This document shows positions 26,040-36,237 of a stretch of DNA of 64,000 nt, piece after piece. Below the pieces are notes generated by a model. The model was given only the letters and a program-made list of their open reading frames with translations, was not told where the DNA came from and searched no databases. The stretch spans positions 8,477-72,476 of the forward strand of contig DGTA01000057.1 in the NCBI GenBank assembly GCA_002394165.1, given 5' to 3'. The position numbers and the translations under genes are program-made. The DNA comes from Lachnospiraceae bacterium UBA4348. GTDB lineage: Bacteria > Bacillota > Clostridia > Lachnospirales > Lachnospiraceae. Numbering within the stretch: position 1 is the first letter of the stretch; the number at the start of each line of letters is the position of its first letter.

Positions 26040-28463
26040 ATGAAGATCAACGCCTATGAAAAGGAACATTTGAACCAGCTACGGGCCGGGCTGGCGGAGT
26101 GCACGGTCCTTTTGAAAAGCAACGGTGATTTTCCTCTCGAAAAGCCGGGGAAGATCGCCCTTTTCGGCAGCGGCGCCCGCCGCACGGTAATGGGCGGCAC
26201 CGGCTCCGGGGAGGTGAATTCCCGTTTTACGGTGAGCGTGGAGCGCGGCCTGGAGCTGGCCGGCTTTACGGTGACGACCGGGGCATGGCTGGATGCATAC
26301 GACAAGGCGGCGGATGACGCGCATCGCCGTTTCATCAGGGACCTGAAAAAACGCGTCGCGAAGGAGCACGGGAATATCTTCCTGGAGGCGATGGGGGCGG
26401 TCATGCCGGAGCCCGAATACAGCATTCCGACGGAGGGAGAGGGCGATACGGCCGTATATGTCCTTGCCCGCATTTCCGGGGAGGGAGCCGACCGCCGGCC
26501 CATTCCAGGCGATGTACTGCTGACCGGGACCGAGATCCGCGACATCCTTGCGATCCGCAGGAAATACAAAAAGTTTATGCTGGTCCTCAACGTGGGCGGA
26601 CCGGTGGATCTCGAACCGGTGAAGGATGTGGAAAACATCCTGGTCCTGTCCCAGCTCGGCGTCGGAACGGGCGTTGCCCTGGCAGATATCCTGCTGGGGA
26701 AAAGCACGCCTTCAGGAAAACTCTCGACTACCTGGACCGCCTGGGGAGACTACCCAGGGATCGGCGACTTCGGCGGTCAGAATGATACCCGCTACCGCGA
26801 GGGAATCTATGTCGGTTACCGCTATTTTGACAGCGTTGGCAAAAAGCCGCTCTTCCCGTTCGGCTTTGGCCTTTCTTATACGTCTTTTTCAGTCGGTGAG
26901 GCGGGCGTCTCCCGCGAGGGATCGGTGGTCAGCGTGACGGCCTGTGTGAAAAATACCGGCTCTATGCCCGGAAAAGAAACAGTGCAGGTCTATGTCTCCG
27001 TGCCGGGCGTGAGGCTGGATCAGCCTTACCAGACGCTGGCGGGTTTTGCCAAGAGCGATGAGCTTCTTCCCGGGCAGAGCGCGCAGGTCAGCCTGAGTTT
27101 TGATCTGAGGGATCTGTCCTCTTTCAGTGAGGAGGAGAACGCCTATGTCCTGGAGGAGGGAGAGTACCTGCTGCGGATCGGGACGAGCAGTGCCGATACC
27201 GAGCCTTTCGCCGTGCTGTCTGTGGAGGAACGGATCTTTGTCAGGAAGGTGAGGGAGAGCCTGGGACGCGCGGATGAGCCGGACTGGAAGCCGGAAGAAC
27301 CGGTAAACGTGAGGATTCCGGAAGGACTCGATGTGATCCGCGTCAGCGCGGAGGATGTGCCGTGTGAAGAGATCTCTTATGAAAGAGTGGAGGAGATCGA
27401 ACCGGAAGTACAGGATTTAAGTGATGATGAACTTATATTATTGAATATTGGTTCATTCGATCCGAAGGGGATCGTTGCCAGTGTGATCGGAAGCGCCGGC
27501 CAGTCGGTAGCGGGCGCCGCCGGTGAGACGACCGGAAAACTCAAAGACAAAGGCATCGATTCCCTGGTCATGGCGGACGGGCCTGCCGGCCTTCGCCTGA
27601 ACCGGAAATATTTTGTCGACGCGAAGGGGGTTCACGGCATGGAGGCGGCGATCCCGGCGACACTCTCCGAGATCATGCCTGCGCCGGTGACCTGGCTCAC
27701 CCGCATTCTGGCAAGGAAACCGAAGGCCGGTGACGAGATCCGTGAACAGTATGCAACGGCGATACCCATCGGCACCGCGCTCGCACAGAGCTGGAACACG
27801 GAGTTTGCCAAGCTCTGCGGAGATATCGTCGGAGACGAGATGGAGCGCTTCGGCGTGCATCTGTGGCTGGCGCCGGCACTTAACATCCATCGCAGCATCC
27901 TGTGCGGAAGGAACTTTGAATATTATTCTGAGGACCCGCTGATCGGCGGACTGATGGCGGCGGCTGTCACAAACGGAGTGCAAAGGCATCCGAGGTGCGC
28001 CGCAACGATCAAGCATTTTGCCGCGAACAACCAGGAGTATTACCGGTATACCAATAACAGCATCGTCAGTGGGCGCGCACTGCGCGAGATCTACCTGCGC
28101 GGGTTTGAGATCTGCATCCGTACTTCACAGCCCCACGCGCTCATGACCTCCTATAATCTGGTCAACGGCGTGCACACGTCGGAGAGAGCGGACCTGATCG
28201 GCGATGTGCTCAGGTCGGAATTCGGCTTTGAGGGAATCGTCATGACAGACTGGATCATCGCGGGGATGGGGCCGAAAAACTCCCCGCACCCCGAAGCACG
28301 CGCCGACCGCATCAGTGCGGCGGGTGTGGATCTGGTGATGCCGGGAGCGCAGGTTGATTTTGATAATATCAAAGAAGCCCTGAAGGATGGGCGGATCACG
28401 AGAGAGCAGCTGGAGAAAAATGCATCCAGGACTCTTCGTATGATACGGAAGCTTTCAGCCTGA
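26040..28463 (+). CDS. glycoside hydrolase family 3 beta-glucosidase with permuted domain order
   Basis: An alpha/beta-sandwich-type region comes first (VLLKSNGDFPLEK..IALFG). Then LFPFGFGLSYTSF and an Fn3-like region. The barrel region (KHFAANNQE, ALMTSYN, GIVMTDW) comes last. Confidence 0.9.
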   Translation: MKINAYEKEHLNQLRAGLAECTVLLKSNGDFPLEKPGKIALFGSGARRTVMGGTGSGEVNSRFTVSVERGLELAGFTVTTGAWLDAYDKAADDAHRRFIRDLKKRVAKEHGNIFLEAMGAVMPEPEYSIPTEGEGDTAVYVLARISGEGADRRPIPGDVLLTGTEIRDILAIRRKYKKFMLVLNVGGPVDLEPVKDVENILVLSQLGVGTGVALADILLGKSTPSGKLSTTWTAWGDYPGIGDFGGQNDTRYREGIYVGYRYFDSVGKKPLFPFGFGLSYTSFSVGEAGVSREGSVVSVTACVKNTGSMPGKETVQVYVSVPGVRLDQPYQTLAGFAKSDELLPGQSAQVSLSFDLRDLSSFSEEENAYVLEEGEYLLRIGTSSADTEPFAVLSVEERIFVRKVRESLGRADEPDWKPEEPVNVRIPEGLDVIRVSAEDVPCEEISYERVEEIEPEVQDLSDDELILLNIGSFDPKGIVASVIGSAGQSVAGAAGETTGKLKDKGIDSLVMADGPAGLRLNRKYFVDAKGVHGMEAAIPATLSEIMPAPVTWLTRILARKPKAGDEIREQYATAIPIGTALAQSWNTEFAKLCGDIVGDEMERFGVHLWLAPALNIHRSILCGRNFEYYSEDPLIGGLMAAAVTNGVQRHPRCAATIKHFAANNQEYYRYTNNSIVSGRALREIYLRGFEICIRTSQPHALMTSYNLVNGVHTSERADLIGDVLRSEFGFEGIVMTDWIIAGMGPKNSPHPEARADRISAAGVDLVMPGAQVDFDNIKEALKDGRITREQLEKNASRTLRMIRKLSA

Positions 28464-28476
28464 AAAATCTGTCAGA

Positions 28477-29841
28477 TTATTTTGCTATCTCTCTGGCGAC
28501 AAACACGCCGCTTGCGGAGGCATGGGAGAGGGAGTGGGTGACTCCGCTGCCATCCCCGATGATGTAGAGGCCTTTGTGGCAGGACTCCAGGTGCTCATCG
28601 ACCCGGACCTGCATATTGTAGAACTTGACTTCCACGCCGTAGAGCAGGGTGCCGTCGTTGGCCGTGCCGGGAGCGATCTTGTCGAGAGCATAGATCATCT
28701 CGATGATGCCGTCGAGGATCCGCTTGGGCAGTACGAGGGCTAGGTCGCCGGGCTCCGCCTGCAGGGTGGGAACGACAAAGTTTTCCGCGATGCGCTTGGG
28801 CGTGCTGCGCCGGCCGCGGACCAGGTCTCCGAAGCGCTGTACCAGTACGCCGCCGCCGAGCATGTTGGAGAGGCGGGCGATGCTCTCGCCGTAGCCGTTG
28901 CTGTCCTTGAACGGCTCGGAGAAATGCTTGGATACGAGCAGAGCGAAATTCGTGTTCTCCGTCTGGCGGGCTGGATCTTCAAAACTGTGGCCGTTGACGG
29001 TCACGATCCCGTTGGTATTCTCGTTGACAACGATGCCGCGCGGATTCATGCAGAAGGTCCTCACCAGGTCCTCAAATTTCTCGGTGCGGTAGACGATCTT
29101 GCTCTCATACAGCTCATCGGTCAGATGGGAGAAGAGCTCGGCGGGCAGCTCCACGCGCACGCCAAGGTCCACACGGTTGGATTCGGTCGGGATGGACATC
29201 TCCCGGCATACCTTCTCCATCCATTTGCTGCCGCTGCGGCCGACGGAGACGATGCACTTTTTGCAGGTGTAGCTCTCCGAGGCGGTGCTCACGACAAAAC
29301 CGTCGTCATTTTTTTCGAGATGCTCGACGGGGCTGTTGAAAAAGAAATCAACATGATCCCTGAGCTCTTTATAAAGGTTCTCAAGAACGATATAATTGAT
29401 ATCGGTGCCCAGATGACGGACGGATGCATCCAGGAGCTTAAGGCGATGCTGCATGCACAGCTTTTTGAAGGAAGAGCCCGCTGTTGTGTAAAGCTTTGTC
29501 CCTTCGCCGCCGTGGCTCATGTTGATGCTGTCGACGTACTCCATCAGGGAGATGGCTTCGCGCTGGCCGATGTAGCTGTACAGGGTCCCGCCAAAGTCAT
29601 TTGTGATATTATATTTTCCGTCGGAGAACGCGCCGGCTCCGCCAAAGCCGCTCATGATCGAGCAGGTCTTGCAGTGGATACAGCTTTTGATCCGGTCGCC
29701 GTCGATGGGGCATTTTCGCCCGGCCAGCTCACGGCCGGCCTCAAAGACCGCTGTTTTCAGCTGAGGCGCTTTTTTCATAAGTTCATAGGCTGCAAAGATC
29801 CCGCCCGGGCCGGCGCCGATCACGATCACGTCATAATTCAT
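28477..29841 (-). CDS. FAD-dependent oxidoreductase (COG2509-like)
   Basis: MNYDVIVIGAGPGGIFAAYEL dinucleotide-binding motif. GGAGG RBS. Confidence 0.85.
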   Translation of the reverse strand: MNYDVIVIGAGPGGIFAAYELMKKAPQLKTAVFEAGRELAGRKCPIDGDRIKSCIHCKTCSIMSGFGGAGAFSDGKYNITNDFGGTLYSYIGQREAISLMEYVDSINMSHGGEGTKLYTTAGSSFKKLCMQHRLKLLDASVRHLGTDINYIVLENLYKELRDHVDFFFNSPVEHLEKNDDGFVVSTASESYTCKKCIVSVGRSGSKWMEKVCREMSIPTESNRVDLGVRVELPAELFSHLTDELYESKIVYRTEKFEDLVRTFCMNPRGIVVNENTNGIVTVNGHSFEDPARQTENTNFALLVSKHFSEPFKDSNGYGESIARLSNMLGGGVLVQRFGDLVRGRRSTPKRIAENFVVPTLQAEPGDLALVLPKRILDGIIEMIYALDKIAPGTANDGTLLYGVEVKFYNMQVRVDEHLESCHKGLYIIGDGSGVTHSLSHASASGVFVAREIAK

Positions 29842-29977
29842 GGTATATTCCTCCGTCTCCGCGTCCGGACCGACGCGGCAATCTGGTGTTAAGCCGTATT
29901 CACTATATCATGAGTCGGATGCAATATGCAATTTTGTGTTTTGACGGAAAAAACATTCTAAGGGAGAAGCTGATCAT

Positions 29978-31558
29978 ATGCCAGAAGGCACAAACAGAAA
30001 ACATCACAATACCGTTGAGGGAAGCGCCCATGTGAGAAACGGCGTGAAAAGGCTTTTCTTCGCCCTCATTTCGATCATGCTGGAGATCCTGGCCTTGGCG
30101 GTCATTTTCACCGGTTTCATCCAGTTTATGCCCTGGCTCGTGGTGGTGATCAGGATCCTGGGAGCGTTGATCGTCCTGGGCATTTTCAGCCAGAACAAAA
30201 CGGCTTCGCTCAAGATGCCGTGGATCATGCTGATCATGGCGGTGCCGCTGACCGGCGTGACTCTCTATCTTCTGATCGGCCTGGACAAAAACACCAGAAA
30301 GATGCGTGAACGGTATGAGGCGATCGACTCCATGCTGATGTGCATGGCCCGCGGTGATACGGAAACAAGGCAGGATCTTCGCAGGGCAGACCCTGCCGGC
30401 GCTTCGCTGGCCGCTTATCTTCACAGCTATGCCGGGGCCCCGCTCTTTAGGGACACGAAAGTCACGTATTATCCGGAAGCGTCGGAGGGACTGGAGGCGC
30501 AGCTGGAGGACCTAGCAAAGGCTCAGAAGTTCATCTTCATGGAATACCATGCCATCGAAGACAGCGTGAGTTTCCACCGGATCGAAGAGGTGCTGGTGGA
30601 GAGAGTGAAGCACGGCGTGGAAGTTCGCCTGTTTTATGATGACATCGGCTCGATCGGCTTTATCACCACAGATTTTGTCAGGCGGATGGAGGCGAAGGGC
30701 ATACGGTGCCGCGTATTTAATCCCTTCGCTCCCGGCATCAACATTTTCCTGAACAACCGGGATCACCGCAAGATCACCGTGATCGACGGGAAAGTCGGCT
30801 TCACCGGCGGCTACAATCTGGCGGATGAATATTTCAATGTGACGCATCCTTACGGGTACTGGAAGGATACGGGCATCCGCCTGGAGGGACCGGCGGTGCA
30901 GAGCCTGGGTTCGATGTTCCTGGAAATGTGGAATGCGGTGAGAGACAACGATAAGGATGACAGGGATTTCTCCGCGTATCTGCCCGATCCGGAGCCGCAG
31001 GAAGGAGCGCAGGGCTTCGTGCAGCCCTATGCGGATTCCCCGATCGATGACGAGCATGTTGGGGAAGAAGTCTATATCAGCATCGTGGAAGGCGCGCAGG
31101 ATTATGTGTGGTTTGTCACTCCTTATCTGATCATTACCGATGAGATGAGGCACGCGCTGAGCCTGGCAGCCAAGCGCGGCGTCGATGTGCGCGTGGTCAC
31201 GCCCGGGATACCGGACAAGAAGCTGGTCTACTCCGTCACGCGGTCCTATTACAACGGACTGGTGAGCAACGGAGTCAGGATCTTTGAGTATACCCCCGGA
31301 TTCTGCCACTGCAAGATGTCCGTCTCGGATGACCGTGTGGCGACCTGCGGCACGATCAATCTTGATTACCGCAGCCTGTATCATCATTTTGAAAATGGCT
31401 GTGTGCTGTACGGGAACGAGGCGGTCATGGCGATCCGGAAAGACTTTGAGGAGATCATGGCGGTCAGCCGGGAGGTGACCGATACCTACCGGTACGGACG
31501 GAGCGCATTCCTCCGCCTGGGACAGCTGCTGCTGAGGCTGGCTGCGCCGCTGCTGTGA
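29978..31558 (+). CDS. cls: cardiolipin synthase
   Basis: N-terminal TM helices. Two HKD motifs: HRKITVIDGKVGFTGGYNL and HCKMSVSDDRVATCGTINLD. Confidence 0.9.
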   Translation: MPEGTNRKHHNTVEGSAHVRNGVKRLFFALISIMLEILALAVIFTGFIQFMPWLVVVIRILGALIVLGIFSQNKTASLKMPWIMLIMAVPLTGVTLYLLIGLDKNTRKMRERYEAIDSMLMCMARGDTETRQDLRRADPAGASLAAYLHSYAGAPLFRDTKVTYYPEASEGLEAQLEDLAKAQKFIFMEYHAIEDSVSFHRIEEVLVERVKHGVEVRLFYDDIGSIGFITTDFVRRMEAKGIRCRVFNPFAPGINIFLNNRDHRKITVIDGKVGFTGGYNLADEYFNVTHPYGYWKDTGIRLEGPAVQSLGSMFLEMWNAVRDNDKDDRDFSAYLPDPEPQEGAQGFVQPYADSPIDDEHVGEEVYISIVEGAQDYVWFVTPYLIITDEMRHALSLAAKRGVDVRVVTPGIPDKKLVYSVTRSYYNGLVSNGVRIFEYTPGFCHCKMSVSDDRVATCGTINLDYRSLYHHFENGCVLYGNEAVMAIRKDFEEIMAVSREVTDTYRYGRSAFLRLGQLLLRLAAPLL

Positions 31559-31574
31559 CCTTGTTTCCCGTTTG

Positions 31575-32510
31575 TTATAAGGACAGGTCCAGCCTCAGCT
31601 GGGGATCGATCCAGCTTGACTGTTTTGCCTGGTGGATAACATCTTCCTGCCGGACATGGCCGATCAGGAGCGGTGACTTCGGATCGTGCATTTTCCGGTT
31701 GGCATGCACCAGCGATGTGTCGGCGTTCGCATAACAGTAGCGGCACAGATGCGGGCAGGTGTTGTAAGCTCCGATGTCGCCTGTCAGGTAACAGGCACAT
31801 TCTTTGCGGTTGTTGGGATTTGGCGGCACGATCAGGTGCTGCCCGACCGCTTCCTCGAAGGTCTTTACGGTCATACAGCCGCTGCAGTCCGCCCCGGCTT
31901 TCTCGAGGATCCGGCTCTCGCCGCACGGCCGGATGGTCATCCCATGGGAGCGGGCGATCTCCACGAACGCGCGGGTCAGCTCCAGCTGCAGCGGCATGGG
32001 GACCGTCCTCACCTCCGGATAATTGCGCCTGACCTTGTCGTACAGATCGATGAAACTGATCACGCAGACTCTGGCTGCCCCGGAAAGCTTTTCACACATG
32101 GATGAAAAAGCTTCGATATGCCTCTCGACGGTCCACTCTTCATTAACGATGATCGGATCATAGCGCCACGTGATGTTCTGCGGGCCGACAATATCCGAGA
32201 TCTGCCGGAAGGAGGCGATCACTTCATCGGGTCCTGGAACATTCGGTTCAATATCCTTTCCGTACGGGGTGATGGTCACGAACCAGTAACGGCGGAAGGG
32301 AGTGAGCAGATCCCGGTACGTGAAGAGCGGCGCGGGATTTTTGCTGCAGAAGACGATCAGGTCGACCACCTTCGGATCCAGCTCGTAGCGCGTGACGGAG
32401 AGCGGGTTGAAAGGATTACGCACGAGGACATATCCCTCCCGGAGCCGGTTTGCGAACCACTGGGCGTAGAACGCGGGGATATCGGTCCTGTTTCCTGTCT
32501 GAATGATCAT
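31575..32510 (-). CDS. DUF1848 family protein
   Basis: MIIQTGNRTDIPAFYAQWFANRLREGYVLVRNPFNP and the C-terminal Cys cluster CYLTGDIGAYNTCPHLCRYCYA. Confidence 0.75.
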   Translation of the reverse strand: MIIQTGNRTDIPAFYAQWFANRLREGYVLVRNPFNPLSVTRYELDPKVVDLIVFCSKNPAPLFTYRDLLTPFRRYWFVTITPYGKDIEPNVPGPDEVIASFRQISDIVGPQNITWRYDPIIVNEEWTVERHIEAFSSMCEKLSGAARVCVISFIDLYDKVRRNYPEVRTVPMPLQLELTRAFVEIARSHGMTIRPCGESRILEKAGADCSGCMTVKTFEEAVGQHLIVPPNPNNRKECACYLTGDIGAYNTCPHLCRYCYANADTSLVHANRKMHDPKSPLLIGHVRQEDVIHQAKQSSWIDPQLRLDLSL

Positions 32511-32511
32511 C

Positions 32512-33090
32512 TTAAAGCTCCTTTGGCCGGCGCTGCAGCCATCTGTCTTTTGTCAGTCTGGTAAAATGCTCCCGTCTTCTTTCACCGAGAGCCTCCACCA
32601 TCACGTCATCCTCGGCATGGTCGTAGACAAAGCCGCATTTTTCCTGTACGCGCCGTGATTTTTCATTGCCCTGGTAATAGCCGCACCAGACGGCGCTCAT
32701 GCCAAGCTCCAGGAAACAGCGCTCCAGAAGACGGCTGACCGCCTCCGGGGCCAGCCCGCGGCCCCAGTAGGGCACACCGATCCAGTAGCCGATCTCGCCT
32801 TCGTCCGCCTTCAGATATCTGCGGCCTGTGGCACCGTATGTAATGCCGGCCGCGCCGACCAGGTCCCCGCTTTCTTTGAGTATCACCGCATAGATATCCG
32901 GAGTGCACAAAACCTCCCGGATGACCTCAAGGCTGTTGGCCGGATCGCGGTGGACGGGCCATCCCGCCGCCGGGCCGACCTTCGGGTCCTTTGCAAGGCG
33001 GTAAAGTGCCTTGGCGTCAGCTTTGTTCTTTTTCCAGGGGCGCAGGATGAGGCGCTCCGTTTCCATGATAAGCGGTTTTTTGTCAGACAT
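32512..33090 (-). CDS. GNAT family N-acetyltransferase (RimJ/RimL-like)
   Basis: ETERLILRPW...IGYWIGVPYWGRGLAPEAV... Confidence 0.85.
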   Translation of the reverse strand: MSDKKPLIMETERLILRPWKKNKADAKALYRLAKDPKVGPAAGWPVHRDPANSLEVIREVLCTPDIYAVILKESGDLVGAAGITYGATGRRYLKADEGEIGYWIGVPYWGRGLAPEAVSRLLERCFLELGMSAVWCGYYQGNEKSRRVQEKCGFVYDHAEDDVMVEALGERRREHFTRLTKDRWLQRRPKEL

Positions 33091-33170
33091 TTTTTTAATG
33101 TGATCTCCATTACATGATATACTATATTCGTAACATAATCCTGTTTTGTCAAGACAGTGAGGGAATGCTT

Positions 33171-34223
33171 ATGAAAAAGGGAATTGCAGGTATGGCAGCG
33201 ATGTTCCTGACGGTTGCTGCGGCGGTGGTGATGGTGCCTGCCGAAGCTTCTCTGGCAGGAGAAGGGGCAGCGCAGGGGGAGCCGGTGCCGGTGAAGGTTC
33301 TGCTGCTTCCCAAATTTGAAGTGGACAATATGGCCGGCGATTTTCCCGGTGAGGCACAGTATTATTATGAACATTACCTGACCGGGGCGGAGGAATATGA
33401 GATCCCGGACGGCGGGGAAGATTCCTGTCTTTATTATAAGGATGGTGTCGCTCTTTATGTGCTGGGTATGGGGAAGGTCAACTCCGCTGTGGGCACCATG
33501 GCGGTCCTCACCGACAGCCGCTTTGATTTTTCACAGGCCTATATCATCTCGACAGGCTGCGCCGGATCCTCCGTCGGGACGACGGTCATGGGCGATGTCT
33601 TTGTCATCACGGCGGCGGTGGATTATGATCTGGGCCATCACGCGGATGGACGTGAGCTGGCTGATCCGGAGGGGACGACCTGGTTTCATGACTCCGATTA
33701 TGATTCTTCGGGGGCGGTCATCCTTGATCAGGAGCTGATGGATAAGGTATACGCACTGGTGAAGGATACGCCCCTCGAGACGACGGAGAAGACCCGGAAT
33801 TTCATGAAGTACGCTTTTGACGGCGAGGACTGGGCACTGCGCGACCCCATGGTGCTGCGGGGGACCACGGTAAGCGGCGACAATTACTGGAAGGGCGTGC
33901 ACGGACATGAAAACGCGGTGCTCATGGCACAGACCTATCAATGCCCGGATCCCTATGCGCTGACGGAGATGGAGGATGTAGCCGTCGCCCTGGCGGCGCG
34001 GCGGATGGGGATGCTTGAGAGGATGATCATCATCCGTGACAGTGTGAATATGGATGTGTTCATGCCCGGGGTCACCCCGGAGAGCCTGTGGGGAGAGAGC
34101 GGAACGCCGGACCTTGCGCAGGAGGGAAGTGTGGAAGCGGCCGATATTTTCGCGACCGCCATGAAGAATAATTTCGAGGTGGGGCGGATCATTATTGACA
34201 GCATCCTTGAAGGAAGCTTATGA
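33171..34223 (+). CDS. secreted purine nucleoside permease (NUP)-family / phosphorylase-fold protein
   Basis: Signal peptide from the ATG at 33171. VKVLLLPKFE...ALYVLGMGKVNSAVGTMAVLTDSRFDFSQAYIISTGCAG pattern. Confidence 0.65.
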   Translation: MKKGIAGMAAMFLTVAAAVVMVPAEASLAGEGAAQGEPVPVKVLLLPKFEVDNMAGDFPGEAQYYYEHYLTGAEEYEIPDGGEDSCLYYKDGVALYVLGMGKVNSAVGTMAVLTDSRFDFSQAYIISTGCAGSSVGTTVMGDVFVITAAVDYDLGHHADGRELADPEGTTWFHDSDYDSSGAVILDQELMDKVYALVKDTPLETTEKTRNFMKYAFDGEDWALRDPMVLRGTTVSGDNYWKGVHGHENAVLMAQTYQCPDPYALTEMEDVAVALAARRMGMLERMIIIRDSVNMDVFMPGVTPESLWGESGTPDLAQEGSVEAADIFATAMKNNFEVGRIIIDSILEGSL

Positions 34224-34259
34224 TGATATTGTAATCTTTTAAATTTTCCTTTGATTTTT

Positions 34260-34289
34260 TGTGGATGTTTTGATGCGGCTGCGTATAAT
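34260..34289 (+). promoter_or_regulatory. putative promoter of GG-SH3 paralog 2
   Basis: TGTGGAT-N17-TATAAT-A, the same layout as upstream of paralog 1. Confidence 0.35.
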
Positions 34290-34379
34290 ACATCAGAACG
34301 ACAAAAGAACCTGCAAAAGACAAGCGCAGGGGTCGTCGGGAAAAGAAAAAACCAATTATCAAAAATGGAGGATAAAAAA

Positions 34380-34688
34380 ATGATGGAAGATATCAAGAAA
34401 ATCAATGATCAGGCACTTGAGGATGTTACCGGCGGTACCGTTGGTTATCAGGGACAGTGGATGACAGTCCGCAATCTGTCGGACGGCTATCTGGCAATCA
34501 GGACAGCTCCGGCTTTCCAGTATGAGAACGAGATCAACCACATCGGTCTTTACAACGGTGAGCAGGTTCAGATCGCCGGCCAGCCGGTTCAGGGCTCCGG
34601 CATCAACGGCACAAAAGCCACCTACGCATATGTCTATGCTCCCAAGTTCGGCTGCTACGGCTATGTGAACGCTTACTACCTTGGCTGA
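34380..34688 (+). CDS. double-glycine leader fused to an SH3-like domain, paralog 2
   Basis: GGAGG lies 8 nt before the ATG at 34380. MMEDIKKINDQALEDVTGG|TVGYQGQW... The core GYLAIRTAP...GEQVQIAG...YAYVYAPKFGCYGYVNAYYLG aligns with 17708..18007. Confidence 0.75.
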   Translation: MMEDIKKINDQALEDVTGGTVGYQGQWMTVRNLSDGYLAIRTAPAFQYENEINHIGLYNGEQVQIAGQPVQGSGINGTKATYAYVYAPKFGCYGYVNAYYLG

Positions 34689-34731
34689 TCCTGAAGGATC
34701 CTGGTATAAACAGAATAATAATTGAAAAAAG

Positions 34732-34761
34732 AGGCCGCGGCACTTAGGTGCTGCGGCCTTT
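34732..34761. terminator. hairpin shared by convergent genes
   Basis: AGGCCGCGGCAC-TTAG-GTGCTGCGGCCT (12 bp including one G-U), flanked by an A-run and TTT. The stop codon of the minus-strand DMT gene lies in the loop. Confidence 0.55.
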
Positions 34762-35637
34762 GTCATGACCGGCTTTTTGCGGGGCCTTTTGTCCGGACTC
34801 TTCCAGGCAGCAGGACAGAACCACCGCCCCGATGATAACAGCCGCCCCGCACACTTCTCTGGCAGTGGGTGCCTGCCCCAGAAGGATCCAGGCAAAGAAA
34901 ATGGCATAAACGGTCTCCATGGAGGAGATGATCCCGGCCAGCTGCGCGCTCAGATGCCGGAGACCGGTGATAAACAGCGTGTGGGCAATCGCAGTCATCA
35001 CAACGCCGAGGAGGAGCAGCAGGCCGATATCCGCCGCGGACGGAGACAGTTCTGCTCCCAGCACGACCGGCAGCAGGAGGATGGCAGCTGCCGCCTGCTC
35101 ATAAAAGGCGGTCTTCGTACCGCCGCAGCTGGTGACAAGACTTTTGTTCATCAGCGTCAGCACGGCATAGGCGAGGGAAGAAATCATGCCGATGACAATG
35201 CCCTGGAAATACCGGTCTTCTAAAGTAAATGCCGGGATCGTGATCACAACGCCGGCCAGGACGGCCAGCGCTGTCAGCACGTCAGCGGCACGGGGCTTTT
35301 TGTGGGAGAGGGCCGGCTCCAGGAAGGTGACGAACAGCGGAAACGAGGAAAACGTGATCGTCCCGATCGCAACGCCTGAACGCCGGACGGATTCCATAAA
35401 AGCCCACCAGTGCAGCGCCAGGACAGCGCCCGCCAGGATCAGCTTAAGAAGTTCCACCCTTGAACGGACTTTGAACGGCATCCGCCGGATCAGCATGTAA
35501 AGTCCTAAGGTGACGGAAGAAAACAGGACCCGGCCAAAGGTTATTCCCGAGGCGGGCAGGCTGATCCATCTGGCGAACAGGCCGGCCAGGCCGAACAGCA
35601 GGACGGCGATGTTGACCGGGAGGATGGCTTTTTTCAC
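34744..35637 (-). CDS. DMT superfamily (EamA-like) transporter
   Basis: Ten hydrophobic helices with an internally duplicated EamA-like pattern. GTG start. Confidence 0.85.
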   Translation of the reverse strand: MKKAILPVNIAVLLFGLAGLFARWISLPASGITFGRVLFSSVTLGLYMLIRRMPFKVRSRVELLKLILAGAVLALHWWAFMESVRRSGVAIGTITFSSFPLFVTFLEPALSHKKPRAADVLTALAVLAGVVITIPAFTLEDRYFQGIVIGMISSLAYAVLTLMNKSLVTSCGGTKTAFYEQAAAAILLLPVVLGAELSPSAADIGLLLLLGVVMTAIAHTLFITGLRHLSAQLAGIISSMETVYAIFFAWILLGQAPTAREVCGAAVIIGAVVLSCCLEESGQKAPQKAGHDKGRST

Positions 35638-35661
35638 GGAAACAGTTCCTTTCTGCGCCTT

Positions 35662-36237
35662 TTACAGGATGATGTCCTCCAGGGCCCGCTTGGGCACATA
35701 GTGGACATCGTTTTCATCGCGGTAGTAGTTGACGGCGCCGTCTTTGACGTCCGTGAGGACCACTTCTTCATCCGGCTTCCCGATCGCGACGACCAGAATG
35801 GGCTCAATACCTTCTCCAAGCTTAAGGGTCTCGATGAAGGCGCTTTTCTGGAAGCTGCCGATCATACAGCCGCCCAGGCCCATCTCCGTGGCGGCCAGAA
35901 GGATCGACTGGGCGGTGACACCGACATCGCGGATAAACAGCGGGCGGTTGTCATTGATGTTCATGTCCTGGCAGATCACGATGAAGGCGGTCGGCTCCTT
36001 CCCGGGATGGGGAAGGGTCAGCTGCGGCAGTTTTCTCGCCCAGATCGTGGCTTTCTGAAGCTCATCGACTGTCTCTTCCTCGTATGCCAGCGCGAACTTC
36101 AGCGGCTGCTGGTTCATGGAGGAGGCGGACAGCCTTGCGCAGTCGACCATCTCCAGCAATTCTTCTCTTGTTACTTTTCTTGTGTGGTCGTACCCGCGAT
36201 AGCTGCGGTTTTTGATGATCAGTTCTTTTAATTTCAT
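35662..36237 (-). CDS. nitroreductase family protein
   Basis: MKLKELIIKNRSYRGY...ARLSASSMNQQPLKF. GGAGG lies before the ATG at 36237. Confidence 0.85.
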   Translation of the reverse strand: MKLKELIIKNRSYRGYDHTRKVTREELLEMVDCARLSASSMNQQPLKFALAYEEETVDELQKATIWARKLPQLTLPHPGKEPTAFIVICQDMNINDNRPLFIRDVGVTAQSILLAATEMGLGGCMIGSFQKSAFIETLKLGEGIEPILVVAIGKPDEEVVLTDVKDGAVNYYRDENDVHYVPKRALEDIIL

